A DNA stretch of 64,000 bases from Candidatus Bathyarchaeum tardum (GTDB lineage: Archaea > Thermoproteota > Bathyarchaeia > Bathyarchaeales > Bathyarchaeaceae): contig CP122380.1 in the NCBI GenBank assembly GCA_024650005.2, forward strand, positions 160,001 to 224,000, given 5' to 3'. A program made the translations under genes and the position numbers. Below are positions 1-10,200 of this stretch, in pieces (position 1 is the stretch's first letter; each line of letters begins with the position of its first letter). The notes under the pieces were generated by a model. That model was not told where the DNA came from. It saw nothing but the letters and a program-made list of their open reading frames with translations, and ran no database searches.

Positions 1-5
1 TTTAT

Positions 6-644
6 TTGATTACCCCGATTTTGCGTGCAATAGTCCAATGTGATTCCCAAAAAATTATCAAATATCTCGTAACTTTATGGTTTATTGGCGTAGCATTGGT
101 TCCCGTTGTCCAGTTGGTTACTGGATATGCTCTAAATGAAGGGCTATTTGTTATGGGTGGCACAATTGGTTACTTTGTCTTAGGTATATACTTGCAGCGG
201 GTGAAAGTTCGATCATCATTTTTGTATGGGCTGTTTTTTGCAAGTGTATTTTTTACCATTATTTGTACCTGGCTTATGCGTTTTCATTTCTATTCTATTG
301 GTCAAAAGTATTTCTTTTTTGATTATTTGTCTGTCAATGTGATTTTGGCTTCTGTTACTTTGTTCATGATATTATGTAAATTCCCTCCTGATTGGCCAGG
401 TGGGAAGCATCCTGTTATTCGTCGTGTTACTCATGCCATAAGCCAGAACACTTTGTCCATCTATCTGTTTCATCTAATAATTATGGAAACCCTTCAACGA
501 GGATATCTAGGATTCCAACTAAGTTTAACAACAATAAACCCTGTTATTGGGGTTCCAATTATCACTACATTTACGTTGTTTATTACCCTTGGATTAATTC
601 TTATTATGAAAAAAATACCTATACTAAAAACATTAATCGGCTAA
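6..644 (+). CDS. Acyltransferase family 3 (OafA-like) membrane protein, C-terminal part; probably truncated by the window edge
   Basis: Multi-TM protein with GYFVLGIYL and SQNTLSIYLFH motifs typical of Acyl_transf_3; the frame is open from the window start. Confidence 0.75.
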   Translation: MITPILRAIVQCDSQKIIKYLVTLWFIGVALVPVVQLVTGYALNEGLFVMGGTIGYFVLGIYLQRVKVRSSFLYGLFFASVFFTIICTWLMRFHFYSIGQKYFFFDYLSVNVILASVTLFMILCKFPPDWPGGKHPVIRRVTHAISQNTLSIYLFHLIIMETLQRGYLGFQLSLTTINPVIGVPIITTFTLFITLGLILIMKKIPILKTLIG

Positions 645-667
645 TTTTTCATTTACATAACTGAACT

Positions 668-1288
668 TCAACTGGAACCATTAATCGCATCATAAACTTG
701 GTTTGCTATCACGGTTGCGCCCTTACTGTTGGGGTGGATTCCGTCAATAAAATATTCTGGATGATTTTGCATTTCACTGTAAACGTCAATAATTGATATT
801 TTCTGATCGATTGCTACTTGTTCAATCCGGGGAATTATTTCTTCTGAAAAACTTTCAGGTTCCAAATCAAGATTGTTTTCAAAAATTGGAGGGGGTTTCA
901 CAAGAAAGATTTTTGGTTTGGTGCCAAGTTCTTGGATTTGTTCAACTATCTTTGTGTAATCTCTAACAAAATTGTCTATTGATTCAAAATTATCTGTACG
1001 GGCATCGTTGGTTCCAAGCATGACAATAACAATCTTTGGCAAAAATTTTATTGCCTCCAAAAATTCAGTTTGCTCAACGTATGGCGTGTACGTGTCAAAC
1101 AACACTGTTGCCCCCATTATTCCAAAACTTGCAACTTTATAGTTGTCGCCAAGCATGTTTTGCAGTTGACTTGGGTAATTGCTAAAATGTTCGTCTGTTA
1201 TGCTGTCTCCAATGCATGCAACACGGATTTTTTTTGTGTCATTTATAATATTCATATTAGTTTGAACAATTATTGCTGTCAAAACCAA
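668..1288 (-). CDS. SGNH/GDSL-family esterase with N-terminal membrane anchor; true start may be an upstream ATA at 1336
   Basis: Block I GDSIT, block III GTND, block V DGIHP. Confidence 0.88.
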   Translation of the reverse strand: MVLTAIIVQTNMNIINDTKKIRVACIGDSITDEHFSNYPSQLQNMLGDNYKVASFGIMGATVLFDTYTPYVEQTEFLEAIKFLPKIVIVMLGTNDARTDNFESIDNFVRDYTKIVEQIQELGTKPKIFLVKPPPIFENNLDLEPESFSEEIIPRIEQVAIDQKISIIDVYSEMQNHPEYFIDGIHPNSKGATVIANQVYDAINGSS

Positions 1289-1460
1289 AATCAGTACCCC
1301 TGTTACACTGTATTTTATTACTTTTTTTCTGGGTATGTTAATTTTTTCTTCCTCACAACGTGGAATGTCAAATTCTAATTATGAAATCTTCTAAAAAAAT
1401 TTGCACCTCAAATTGACCCTACTCCTTTTTACTTTTGGTCAGGTGCTCGATTTTATTGTT

Positions 1461-2324
1461 TTAATCATCGCCATCTATGTATAACAACTCATAAAGACCT
1501 TGATAGCTTTGTCCATCATTTGCATCAACATGATAAATCGCTGAAGGAGCACTGGAAAAGTTTCTGTCTAAATATTCTTGGGCTGGTCTAACAGTAATTT
1601 CCCAAATATATCTGTAAGTTCCGTTTGCATCGGTAACTGGAGCGTAACTTGTTACTTTTTCTGTTACTTCATACATTCTTGCAACTGGAATTAATCTCTT
1701 AATTGGTTCTTCTAGCACTGAAATCTGCATTAATTTTACTTCAAACTTGAAAATCACTAACTTTGCGTTGACGACCATTCCTTGAAGGTTTTGTGTGTTC
1801 CACTCTCCTCTAAGACCAATTTTTATGGCTTCAGTTTTTGATATTGGCGGAGCGTCGTCTGAAGAAACCAGCATTGACGTGTAACAGTCCCATAATAATT
1901 CATTTGAATTCAGTAGCATTTGGTTATCTTCAGATATTTTTGCTAATGCTGAATATTGAAGATAATTTGCGCTTGCCAAAAAAGCAAATCCAATTATTAA
2001 CAATAAACTGATATATTTCCAGTTTTTGGACAAAAATCCTGAAGAATGATGTGTTACATGTGGTGTTTCTTCGACTTTTGACATCATTGCCATTGCGGCT
2101 TCTCCCAAAAATGAGAGTTTGTATTTTCCATCCTCTGTTTTTGAAACTAGTTCTCCAAGGTTGTCCAAGTGATAGTTAAAATGGGAGCTAGAAATTCCAA
2201 GGGATTCAAACATGTCCGAAAAACTTCTCGGTTCTTCTGCTAACATTTTCAGAATTTTTCTGCGAACCGAATGATTCAAAGAAGTGAAAATACTCGAATA
2301 AGTTTCTTCTTCAAAACTTGTCAT
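1461..2324 (-). CDS. Membrane-anchored ArsR-like winged-helix protein (wHTH-TM-extracytoplasmic domain)
   Basis: N-terminal SLNHSVRRKILKML...SSSHFNYHLDNL wHTH, one TM helix (YISLLLIIGFAFLASA), soluble C-terminal domain. Confidence 0.75.
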   Translation of the reverse strand: MTSFEEETYSSIFTSLNHSVRRKILKMLAEEPRSFSDMFESLGISSSHFNYHLDNLGELVSKTEDGKYKLSFLGEAAMAMMSKVEETPHVTHHSSGFLSKNWKYISLLLIIGFAFLASANYLQYSALAKISEDNQMLLNSNELLWDCYTSMLVSSDDAPPISKTEAIKIGLRGEWNTQNLQGMVVNAKLVIFKFEVKLMQISVLEEPIKRLIPVARMYEVTEKVTSYAPVTDANGTYRYIWEITVRPAQEYLDRNFSSAPSAIYHVDANDGQSYQGLYELLYIDGDD

Positions 2325-2594
2325 TATTCTACTCCCTTCAATTATTGATTCATGTTTTTAGGTAAAACTTTTTTCTCAAAAATTTTTACCAAACTTTTTT
2401 CCTGTAACTACTAAATGCGTTTAGTTAAGTAACTTTTTCGGTTTTTTGCTGCGTTCAATTGTAAGTTTTGCATTATTTTTTTTGTTTGGATTTTCTTTGG
2501 ATAGTTTGGGAACCATAATGTTTACCTGGCTATAAATGAAAATAAAGTTGGTTTCAATATTTTACTGAAATTAGTATTCTAATATGTACTGTTG

Positions 2595-3260
2595 TTAGTT
2601 TGTTTTTGTTCTTGCTTGGGTTATTAAGTCTGTTAATGTGGCAAAGGCTTTGCTGACGTTTTCCATGGCAAGGACGATTATTGTTTCTGTGAAGCAACTC
2701 ATGGTTTCTTCAATGTTTATGTGGCGCCGCGAGAGAGCGTTGTAGAATGCTTGGACACATCCCGACGTATATGTTATTTCGTCTGGGCTGCGAATGATTA
2801 TGGTTGCTAGGTTTTGTTTTTGGTTGATTATTTGATTTTGATTGAATATTGATGTTATTTCGTTGAAAGAGTTAAAGTCAGAAATCAAGGTGATTATGGT
2901 ATTTCCCTCAATTATTTGTAAAAATTCTCCTTGGAATGTGGCGAGGGCTTTTCTTACTTTTTCTAGGGTTTCTTTTGTTTTGTGTACAGAAACTTTTGCC
3001 ATGTCAGTTCGGATGTTTAGGTCACTGCCTGCTACTACTTGAGTGATTTTTCCTTCTAGGATTGTGTAGTTTGTTTTTGCTCGTTTAACCGAAGTTATCA
3101 CACTTTCTAGGTTTACGTCAGTGTTTACTGTTTCTTTGATTTTTGGCATGAGTATGCGGGCGATGGCGCTGTAGTTTGCATAATCTCTTTGCAAGGCATC
3201 CTGTAGTGAGAGGTCTTCGTCTATTATGTTTTGCACGGTTTTAGATATAGAGTTGACCAT
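2595..3260 (-). CDS. Archaeal ACT-domain protein with N-terminal helical domain; putative amino-acid-responsive regulator
   Basis: N-terminal NYSAIAR motif and C-terminal ACT-like INIEETMSCFTETIIV; divergent from argG. Confidence 0.7.
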   Translation of the reverse strand: MVNSISKTVQNIIDEDLSLQDALQRDYANYSAIARILMPKIKETVNTDVNLESVITSVKRAKTNYTILEGKITQVVAGSDLNIRTDMAKVSVHKTKETLEKVRKALATFQGEFLQIIEGNTIITLISDFNSFNEITSIFNQNQIINQKQNLATIIIRSPDEITYTSGCVQAFYNALSRRHINIEETMSCFTETIIVLAMENVSKAFATLTDLITQARTKTN

Positions 3261-3303
3261 TTTTGGTCACTTTTGTCCATTTTACTTAGATATTGACCAA
3301 AAT
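3254..3303. promoter_or_regulatory. Candidate operator between the ACT gene and argG: 10-bp phased repeats and a palindrome
   Basis: TGACCATTTT/TGGTCACTTT/TGTCCATTTT in tandem at 3254, 3264 and 3274, plus TGACCAAAAT at 3294; TGACCA-N4-TGGTCA palindrome at 3254-3269. Confidence 0.5.
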
Positions 3304-3349
3304 CTATATAAGGGTTTCTCGAATTAACAACCACAAACTGGGAAACACA

Positions 3350-4561
3350 ATGAAAGATACTGTAATCTTAGCCTATTCAGGTGGACTAGACACGTCCGTT
3401 CTCATAAAATGGTTACAAGAAAACTGTAACGTAGATGTAATTACATTCACCATGGAACTAGGCCAAAAAAGCAACCTAGAAAAAGTCGAAGAAAAAGCCA
3501 ACGCTCTAGGAGTCAAAAAACATTACTCCATAGATGGCACAAAAGAATTCATAACAAAGTACGTATTTCCTGCCATCAAAGCAAACGCCCTTTACGAATC
3601 AAAATACCCAATGGGCACCGCTCTTGGGCGACCCTTAATTGCCAAAAAATTGGTTGAAATCGCCCAAAAAGAAGGCGCCATCGCAGTTGCCCACGGCTGC
3701 ACTGGAAAAGGAAACGACCAAGTCCGATTTGACATCACCGTGAAAGCCTTGGCTCCTGACCTAAAGGTTATGGCTCCTGTACGAGAATGGGGAATGTGCC
3801 GAGAAGAAGAAATCAAATACGCCAAAGAAAAAGGCATAGCAATTCCTCACTTGTCTGACCCTTACAGTATCGACGAAAACATCTGGGGACGAAGCATCGA
3901 ATGCGGACCCCTAGAAAACGCAGACCAAGAACCCCTCGAAGAAATCTACACCGTAACTACTTCCCCCGAAGAAGCGCCAGACACGCCAGAGTATGTTTCA
4001 ATTTGCTTTGAAGGAGGTGTCCCAGTTGCCTTGAACGGCAAAAAAATGGACCCCGTAAAATTAATCGAAGAACTAAACGAAATTGCAGGAAAACATGGAG
4101 TTGGACGAGTAGACCACATCGAAGACCGTCTGGTTGGAATCAAATCAAGGGAAATCTACGAAAACCCTGCCGCAGAAGTTCTGATTGAAGCCCACAAGGA
4201 CCTAGAAAAATTGGTTCTCACCCGGCACGAATTAGAATTCAAAAAAATTATTGACGAAAAATGGGCTTGGATGGTTTACACTGGCTTGTGGATTGACCCC
4301 CTGCGAGAAGCCTTGGACGGGTTCATTAACAAGACCCAAGAACGGGTCTGCGGTGAAGTAAAAATGAAACTATACAAAGGCCGATGCTGGTCGGCGGGAC
4401 GATCTTCTCCGATGTCGTTGTATGACAAGAACTTGGCGACATACGAGGTTGAAACTTCCTTTAATCAAGCCTCTGCTGAAGGCTTTATCGAGCTTTGGGG
4501 ACTCCCCACCCGCGTTGCTACCCAGTTAAAGGAGAAAGCCAAAAAACAAAACAAATGTTAA
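3350..4561 (+). CDS. argG: Argininosuccinate synthase
   Basis: LAYSGGLDTS, HGCTGKGNDQVRF and GIKSREIYE motifs; start moved to ATG 3350. Confidence 0.97.
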   Translation: MKDTVILAYSGGLDTSVLIKWLQENCNVDVITFTMELGQKSNLEKVEEKANALGVKKHYSIDGTKEFITKYVFPAIKANALYESKYPMGTALGRPLIAKKLVEIAQKEGAIAVAHGCTGKGNDQVRFDITVKALAPDLKVMAPVREWGMCREEEIKYAKEKGIAIPHLSDPYSIDENIWGRSIECGPLENADQEPLEEIYTVTTSPEEAPDTPEYVSICFEGGVPVALNGKKMDPVKLIEELNEIAGKHGVGRVDHIEDRLVGIKSREIYENPAAEVLIEAHKDLEKLVLTRHELEFKKIIDEKWAWMVYTGLWIDPLREALDGFINKTQERVCGEVKMKLYKGRCWSAGRSSPMSLYDKNLATYEVETSFNQASAEGFIELWGLPTRVATQLKEKAKKQNKC

Positions 4562-4562
4562 C

Positions 4563-4595
4563 GAAACCAACAACCCAAAACGGGTTGTTTGTTTC
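4563..4595 (+). other. Intercistronic stem-loop between argG and argH
   Basis: GAAACCAACAACCC-AAAAC-GGGTTGTTTGTTTC inverted repeat. Confidence 0.5.
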
Positions 4596-4630
4596 TCTAA
4601 AAAATAAAAAGGGATTGGATGTGAAAAAAG

Positions 4631-6109
4631 TTGTCTAAGCTGTTGCGTGGAGGACGAATCGGCTCTGCCCGAAAAGATGCCGTAGAGTTTACTGCGTCCA
4701 TAAAAAGTGACAAAAAGTTACTGGAAGCTGTGATTAAAATCAACAAAGCCCACGTAACCATGCTAACAGAACAACAAATCATTTCCACAAAAACTGGTAC
4801 TCAACTTCTCAAAGCACTCTCAGAAATCAACCCAAAAATGGAGTTAGACCCCTGCCTTGAAGACGTTCATCTAGCAGTTGAAGAAGAAATAAACAAAAAA
4901 TTAAAACCTGAAATTGCCGGAAACTTGCACGTTGCAAAAAGCCGAAATGACCAAGTAGCAACCGCAATCCGAATGGCCCTGCGAACCGACATCCTAGACC
5001 TGATCGCAGTCATTGTTGCTTTGCAAGAATCTCTGATTGGGCTTGCAGAAAAAAACACAGAAACTTTAGTTCCGTCGTATACTCACTTGCATCCAGCACA
5101 GCCCATAACTTTTGGTCATCTTCTGGTTTCTTACGTGGACGCCATTGAACGAAGCATCAACCGACTCCAAGAAACATATTCCCGAGTTAACATGTGCCCC
5201 ATGGGTGCCGGCGCAATCGCAACAACCAGTTTCCCAATTAACCGAAACCAAACCGCCCAACTACTGGGCTTTAATGGCGTGCTAGAGAATTCCATAGACG
5301 CCGTAGGCAGCCGAGACTTTGTACTAGAAACCCTCGCAGATCTAACCTTGCTAGCAACAGACGTTAGCCGAATTGCTGAAGACTTTCTAGTTTGGAGCAG
5401 TCCAGACTTTGGGATATTGGACCTTCCAGAAAGTTTTGCCTTCACTAGTAGCATCATGCCTCAGAAGAAAAATCCTGATGTTCTAGAAGTAATCAGGGCA
5501 AGGATGAGCCAAATACTGGGCAACTTTGTAGCCTGTGCAACGACAATGAAAGCATTGCCTTCAGGATACAACTTGGACCTTCAAGAGTTAACTCCTAAAC
5601 TTTGGGAATCCATTGAAACTGTCGAAGAATCTGTTTGTATTCTTTCTGAGCTTGCCAAGAACTTGAAAGTCAACCCTAACGTGTTTGGTAAACAGGTTCT
5701 GAATTACTCAACAGCCACTGAACTGGCTAATATGCTGGTGAAAAAATATGCTGTTCCTTTCCGAAGCTCTCACAAGATAGTGGGAACCATTGTCAAAACC
5801 CTGATTGACAAAAAGTTAGCTCTTTCGGACTTGTCACCTGAACAATTAAATAAGACCGCTAAAGATTGTGCGGGAATCACTCTAGCCGTTAAACTGGAGG
5901 ACATAAAGGACTCTATTGACCCCAAAAAATGTGTTGAAAGCCACAAAACTTTGGGTGGTCCAGCTCCAACAGAAGTCAAACGAATGCTCAAAAACCGATT
6001 AGAGTTAATGAGCAAATCAAAAACAAGCCTCATAGACCAAAAGAGCAGGCTAGAAGAAGCTGACATGGAACTAGAATCTGCGGTTCAGCGTTACTCAACT
6101 AAAAAATGA
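4631..6109 (+). CDS. argH: Argininosuccinate lyase
   Basis: SRNDQVAT, YTHLHPAQP and SSIMPQKKNPD signatures. Confidence 0.97.
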   Translation: MSKLLRGGRIGSARKDAVEFTASIKSDKKLLEAVIKINKAHVTMLTEQQIISTKTGTQLLKALSEINPKMELDPCLEDVHLAVEEEINKKLKPEIAGNLHVAKSRNDQVATAIRMALRTDILDLIAVIVALQESLIGLAEKNTETLVPSYTHLHPAQPITFGHLLVSYVDAIERSINRLQETYSRVNMCPMGAGAIATTSFPINRNQTAQLLGFNGVLENSIDAVGSRDFVLETLADLTLLATDVSRIAEDFLVWSSPDFGILDLPESFAFTSSIMPQKKNPDVLEVIRARMSQILGNFVACATTMKALPSGYNLDLQELTPKLWESIETVEESVCILSELAKNLKVNPNVFGKQVLNYSTATELANMLVKKYAVPFRSSHKIVGTIVKTLIDKKLALSDLSPEQLNKTAKDCAGITLAVKLEDIKDSIDPKKCVESHKTLGGPAPTEVKRMLKNRLELMSKSKTSLIDQKSRLEEADMELESAVQRYSTKK

Positions 6110-6133
6110 TTACAAATAGTGTAGGTCATAAAA

Positions 6134-7276
6134 GTGAACACAAAAAGTAAACAAACCGGCAAAGCTGTTCTTGTTTTAGAAGATGGCTCCACCTTTGTTG
6201 GACATGGTTTTGGCGCCCCAAAAAAAGTATCCGGAGAAATCGTGTTTTCCACCTCTATGGTTGGATACCCCGAATCCTTAACTGACCCTTCATACAAGGG
6301 GCAAATCCTTACCTTCACGTATCCTTTGGTTGGAAACTATGGTGTTCCACCTTACGTGGAAGAAAACAGTGTCATCAAATATTTTGAATCCGACAGCATC
6401 AAAGTAACTGGCTTTATTGTTCACGAACTATGCAAAAACCCATTCCATTGGGCAAGTACCCGAACCCTTGACCAATGGCTCAAAGACGAAGACGTCCCCG
6501 GAATTTACGGAATCGACACCCGAAAACTCACCAAAAAACTGCGAGTAAATGGTGTCATGCTGGGAATCTTAAAAGTTTGTGAAGCAGGGGAAGAACCAAA
6601 CATACCTGAACTGGTTGAAGAAGTAAAAACTGTAAAAGACCCCAACTTCACTGACCTCGCAAAACAAGTAACAGTCAAACAACCAACCCTTTATCCTTCA
6701 GGAGGCGACCACACCGCAGTTTTAATCGACTGTGGTGTCAAATATGGCATAATCCGTAACCTGCAACGCATCGGCTTTGATGTTATGCGGGTTCCTTATG
6801 ATTTTACTGCAGATCAGATTCTGCAATACAACCCTGACGCCGTAATGATAAGCAATGGTCCAGGAGACCCCAAAAACTGTGTTCAAACCGTTGAAACCGT
6901 GGCAGAATTACTGGACGAAAACATGCCCATGATGGGCGTATGCCTTGGAACCCAAATTCTGGCTTTGGCTTTAGGCGGGGACACTTACAAACTTAAGTAT
7001 GGTCACCGGTCCCAAAACCAACCTGCTTTGGATTTGGAAACTGGTCGGTGTTACATTACAACTCAAAACCATGGTTATACGGTAAAGCGGGAATCAATTA
7101 AAGAAACCGGATTAAAAGAGTGGTTCATGAACGCCAACGACAAAACCGTTGAAGGCATTAAACACAAAACCAAACCCGCCTTTGCCCTGCAGTGGCATCC
7201 AGAAGCCTCCCCCGGACCTTACGATACGGAATTTCTTTTTGAAAAACTCAAAAAACTAGTAATGGAGGCGGACTAA
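6134..7276 (+). CDS. carA: Carbamoyl-phosphate synthase small subunit
   Basis: SLTDPSYKGQI, SNGPGDP, GVCLG and QWHPEASPGP motifs. Confidence 0.97.
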   Translation: MNTKSKQTGKAVLVLEDGSTFVGHGFGAPKKVSGEIVFSTSMVGYPESLTDPSYKGQILTFTYPLVGNYGVPPYVEENSVIKYFESDSIKVTGFIVHELCKNPFHWASTRTLDQWLKDEDVPGIYGIDTRKLTKKLRVNGVMLGILKVCEAGEEPNIPELVEEVKTVKDPNFTDLAKQVTVKQPTLYPSGGDHTAVLIDCGVKYGIIRNLQRIGFDVMRVPYDFTADQILQYNPDAVMISNGPGDPKNCVQTVETVAELLDENMPMMGVCLGTQILALALGGDTYKLKYGHRSQNQPALDLETGRCYITTQNHGYTVKRESIKETGLKEWFMNANDKTVEGIKHKTKPAFALQWHPEASPGPYDTEFLFEKLKKLVMEAD

Positions 7277-10200
7277 ATGCCCAAGTTTGAATGGATAAAA
7301 AAAGTTATAGTACTGGGTAGCGGAGCCATCAAAATCGGCGAAGCCGCAGAATTTGATTATTCTGGTAGTCAATGCTTGAAGGCTCTTCGTGAAGAAGGAA
7401 TAGAAACTGTTCTAGTTAACCCTAACATTGCAACCATACAAACTGACCCTCGGCTTGCAGGGAAAGTCTACTTGTTGCCTGTAACTCCAGAGTTTGTGGA
7501 AGAAGTAATCGCTAAAGAACGCCCCGACGCTATTATGCTCAGTTTTGGAGGACAAACTGCCCTTAATTGTGGAGTTAAACTTGCCCAGAGCGGTGTTTTG
7601 GACAAATATGGTGTTAGGGTTTTGGGAACCCCAGTTAAAACTATCGAAGACACCGAAGACCGGGAACTGTTTCGTCAGTCTATGTTGAAGGCTGGTGTTT
7701 CCATCGCCAAAAGCAAAGCTGCCAGTACTTTGGAAGACGCCGTGGAAGTCGGCCGAGAAATAGGTTATCCTGTTATCATCCGTGTAGCTTACACTTTGGG
7801 CGGTAAAGGTTCAGGAGTAGCATACGACGAAGAAAAACTCAAAGACATCGTCAGCAAAGCTTTGGGTCAGAGCATGATTTCTCAGGTTCTTATTGAAGAG
7901 TACTTAGGCCACTGGAAAGAAGTGGAATACGAAGTCATGCGAGACTACGACGACAACTGTATAATCGTATGTAACATGGAAAACTTTGACCCCATGGGCG
8001 TACACACGGGAGACTCAATTGTAGTGGCCCCTTCACAAACCCTTTCAAACAGGGAATACCACCTTCTTCGTTCAGCCTCCATAAACGCTATACGCAGCTT
8101 AGGTGTAGTCGGCGAATGTAACATCCAATGGGCTTTGGACAAAGAATCAGAAGAAATCCGCGCAATAGAAGTCAACGCCCGACTCTCACGAAGCTCTGCC
8201 TTGGCAAGCAAAGCCACCGGATACCCCATTGCGTATATTGCTGCTAAGTTGTGTATTGGTTACACGTTGCCTGAACTGCAAAACAAGGTAACCCATGTAA
8301 CTACTGCTTGTTTTGAGCCCGCACTTGACTATTTGGTAGTAAAGTATCCTCGCTGGGACTTGCAAAAATTCAAAAACGTCGACCGCCATGTCGGTCCCCA
8401 AATGAAATCTGTCGGCGAAGTTATGGGAATTGGACGATGTTTCGAAGAAGCCTTACAGAAAGCCATTCGCATGCTGGATATTGGCAAGTTTGGTTTGGTC
8501 TGTAACGCAGAAGAAGACGAACCAGAATCCCCCGAAACAATCAAGGATGTTTTGGCTCATCCTACCGACCAGCGTTTGTACATGATTGTAAAAGCCCTCA
8601 AACAGGGTATGTCTATTGAAGAAATTTATGATTTAAGCGGTGTGGACCCGTTCTTTTTGCACAAAATCAAAAACGTTATCGATATGCAAAACAAGCTGGA
8701 AACCATAAGCCAACAAGACATCGACTTTTTTGAAACTTTGCGCGAGGCAAAACGAATCGGTTTTTCTGACCTGCAAATTGGCATTTGCCGCGGCACAGAC
8801 CAGTTTACCATACGAAAGCTCCGACAGCAAGCAAACATTGTTCCTGCAGTTAAGCAGATTGATACTCTTGCAGCTGAGTGGCCCGCCAAGACTAACTACT
8901 TGTATTTGACTTACGGGGGTGACGAGGACGATATCCAGTTTTCTTCAGAGAAAAAGAAAGTCATTGTTCTTGGTGCAGGAGTTTTCCGGATTGGCTCCAG
9001 TGTCGAGTTTGACTGGTGCGGAGTCAACACCATATGGGCTCTCAAAAAGAACGACATCGACGAAGCTATCATGATTAACTATAACCCCGAAACTGTTTCC
9101 ACAGACTACGACATGAGCGACAAGCTCTACTTTGAAGAATTAACCCTTGAACGAATATTGGACATTTACGAAAAAGAACAACCCATGGGTATAATCGCAA
9201 GTGTGGGAGGACAAATTCCTAACAATGTTGCCCTTAAATTGTCCAATGTGGGCGTAAACATTTTGGGAACTACTGGAAAAAGCATTGATCAAGCTGAAGA
9301 TCGTGTCAAATTCAGTGCGTTACTTGATACCCTTGGAATTCCTCAGCCTGAATGGCGGGATTTGTCCACAGCAAGTGACCTCAAAAAGTTTGCTGCAAAG
9401 GTCGATTATCCAGTTCTTATTCGTCCTAGTTACGTGTTGTCTGGTTCTGCAATGCGGGTTGCTTACACCGAAGATGAACTGGAAGATTATTTAAAATTAG
9501 CTGCTAAAGTTTCTCCGGACCATCCTGTGGTAATTTCAAAGTTTATCGAAAATGCCAAAGAAGTAGAAGTTGACGGAGTATACGACGGCGAAGATAACAT
9601 CATCGGAGCCATTGTTGAACACGTTGAAAACGCTGGAGTTCACAGCGGTGATGCAACTATGGGAATTCCTGCATTAACCTTAGACAGTGATGTGCTGCAA
9701 ACAGTTAGTCTCTATACCGACAAAATTGTTGAAGCCCTAAAAATCAGGGGTCCTTATAACATCCAGTATCTAGTAAAGGACGGCGTAACCTACGTTATTG
9801 AATGCAACCTGCGGGCTTCCCGAAGTATGCCTTATGTAAGTAAAACACGGGGCGTAAACATGATAGAACTTGCAACCCGTGCCATGTTGGGCAAAAAATT
9901 CAAGGATTCGGGTTTTATTGATTTGCCCGAAATTAGCCATGTTGGCGTGAAAGTTCCACAGTTCAGTTTCATGCGCCTGAGTGGAGCAGACCCTGTTCTG
10001 GGCGTGGAAATGCTCAGCACTGGGGAAGTTGCTTGTCTGGGTGAAAACTTTACAGATGCTCTTTCAAAAGCGTTGCAGTCTGCGGAATTCAAGATGCCCC
10101 CTTATGGTGGCTCAGTTTTAATTACTGTCGGTGGAAAAGAACTCAAAAAACAGGTTGTGCCCATTGGACAAGCATTACGCAAACTCAATTTCAAAATTTA

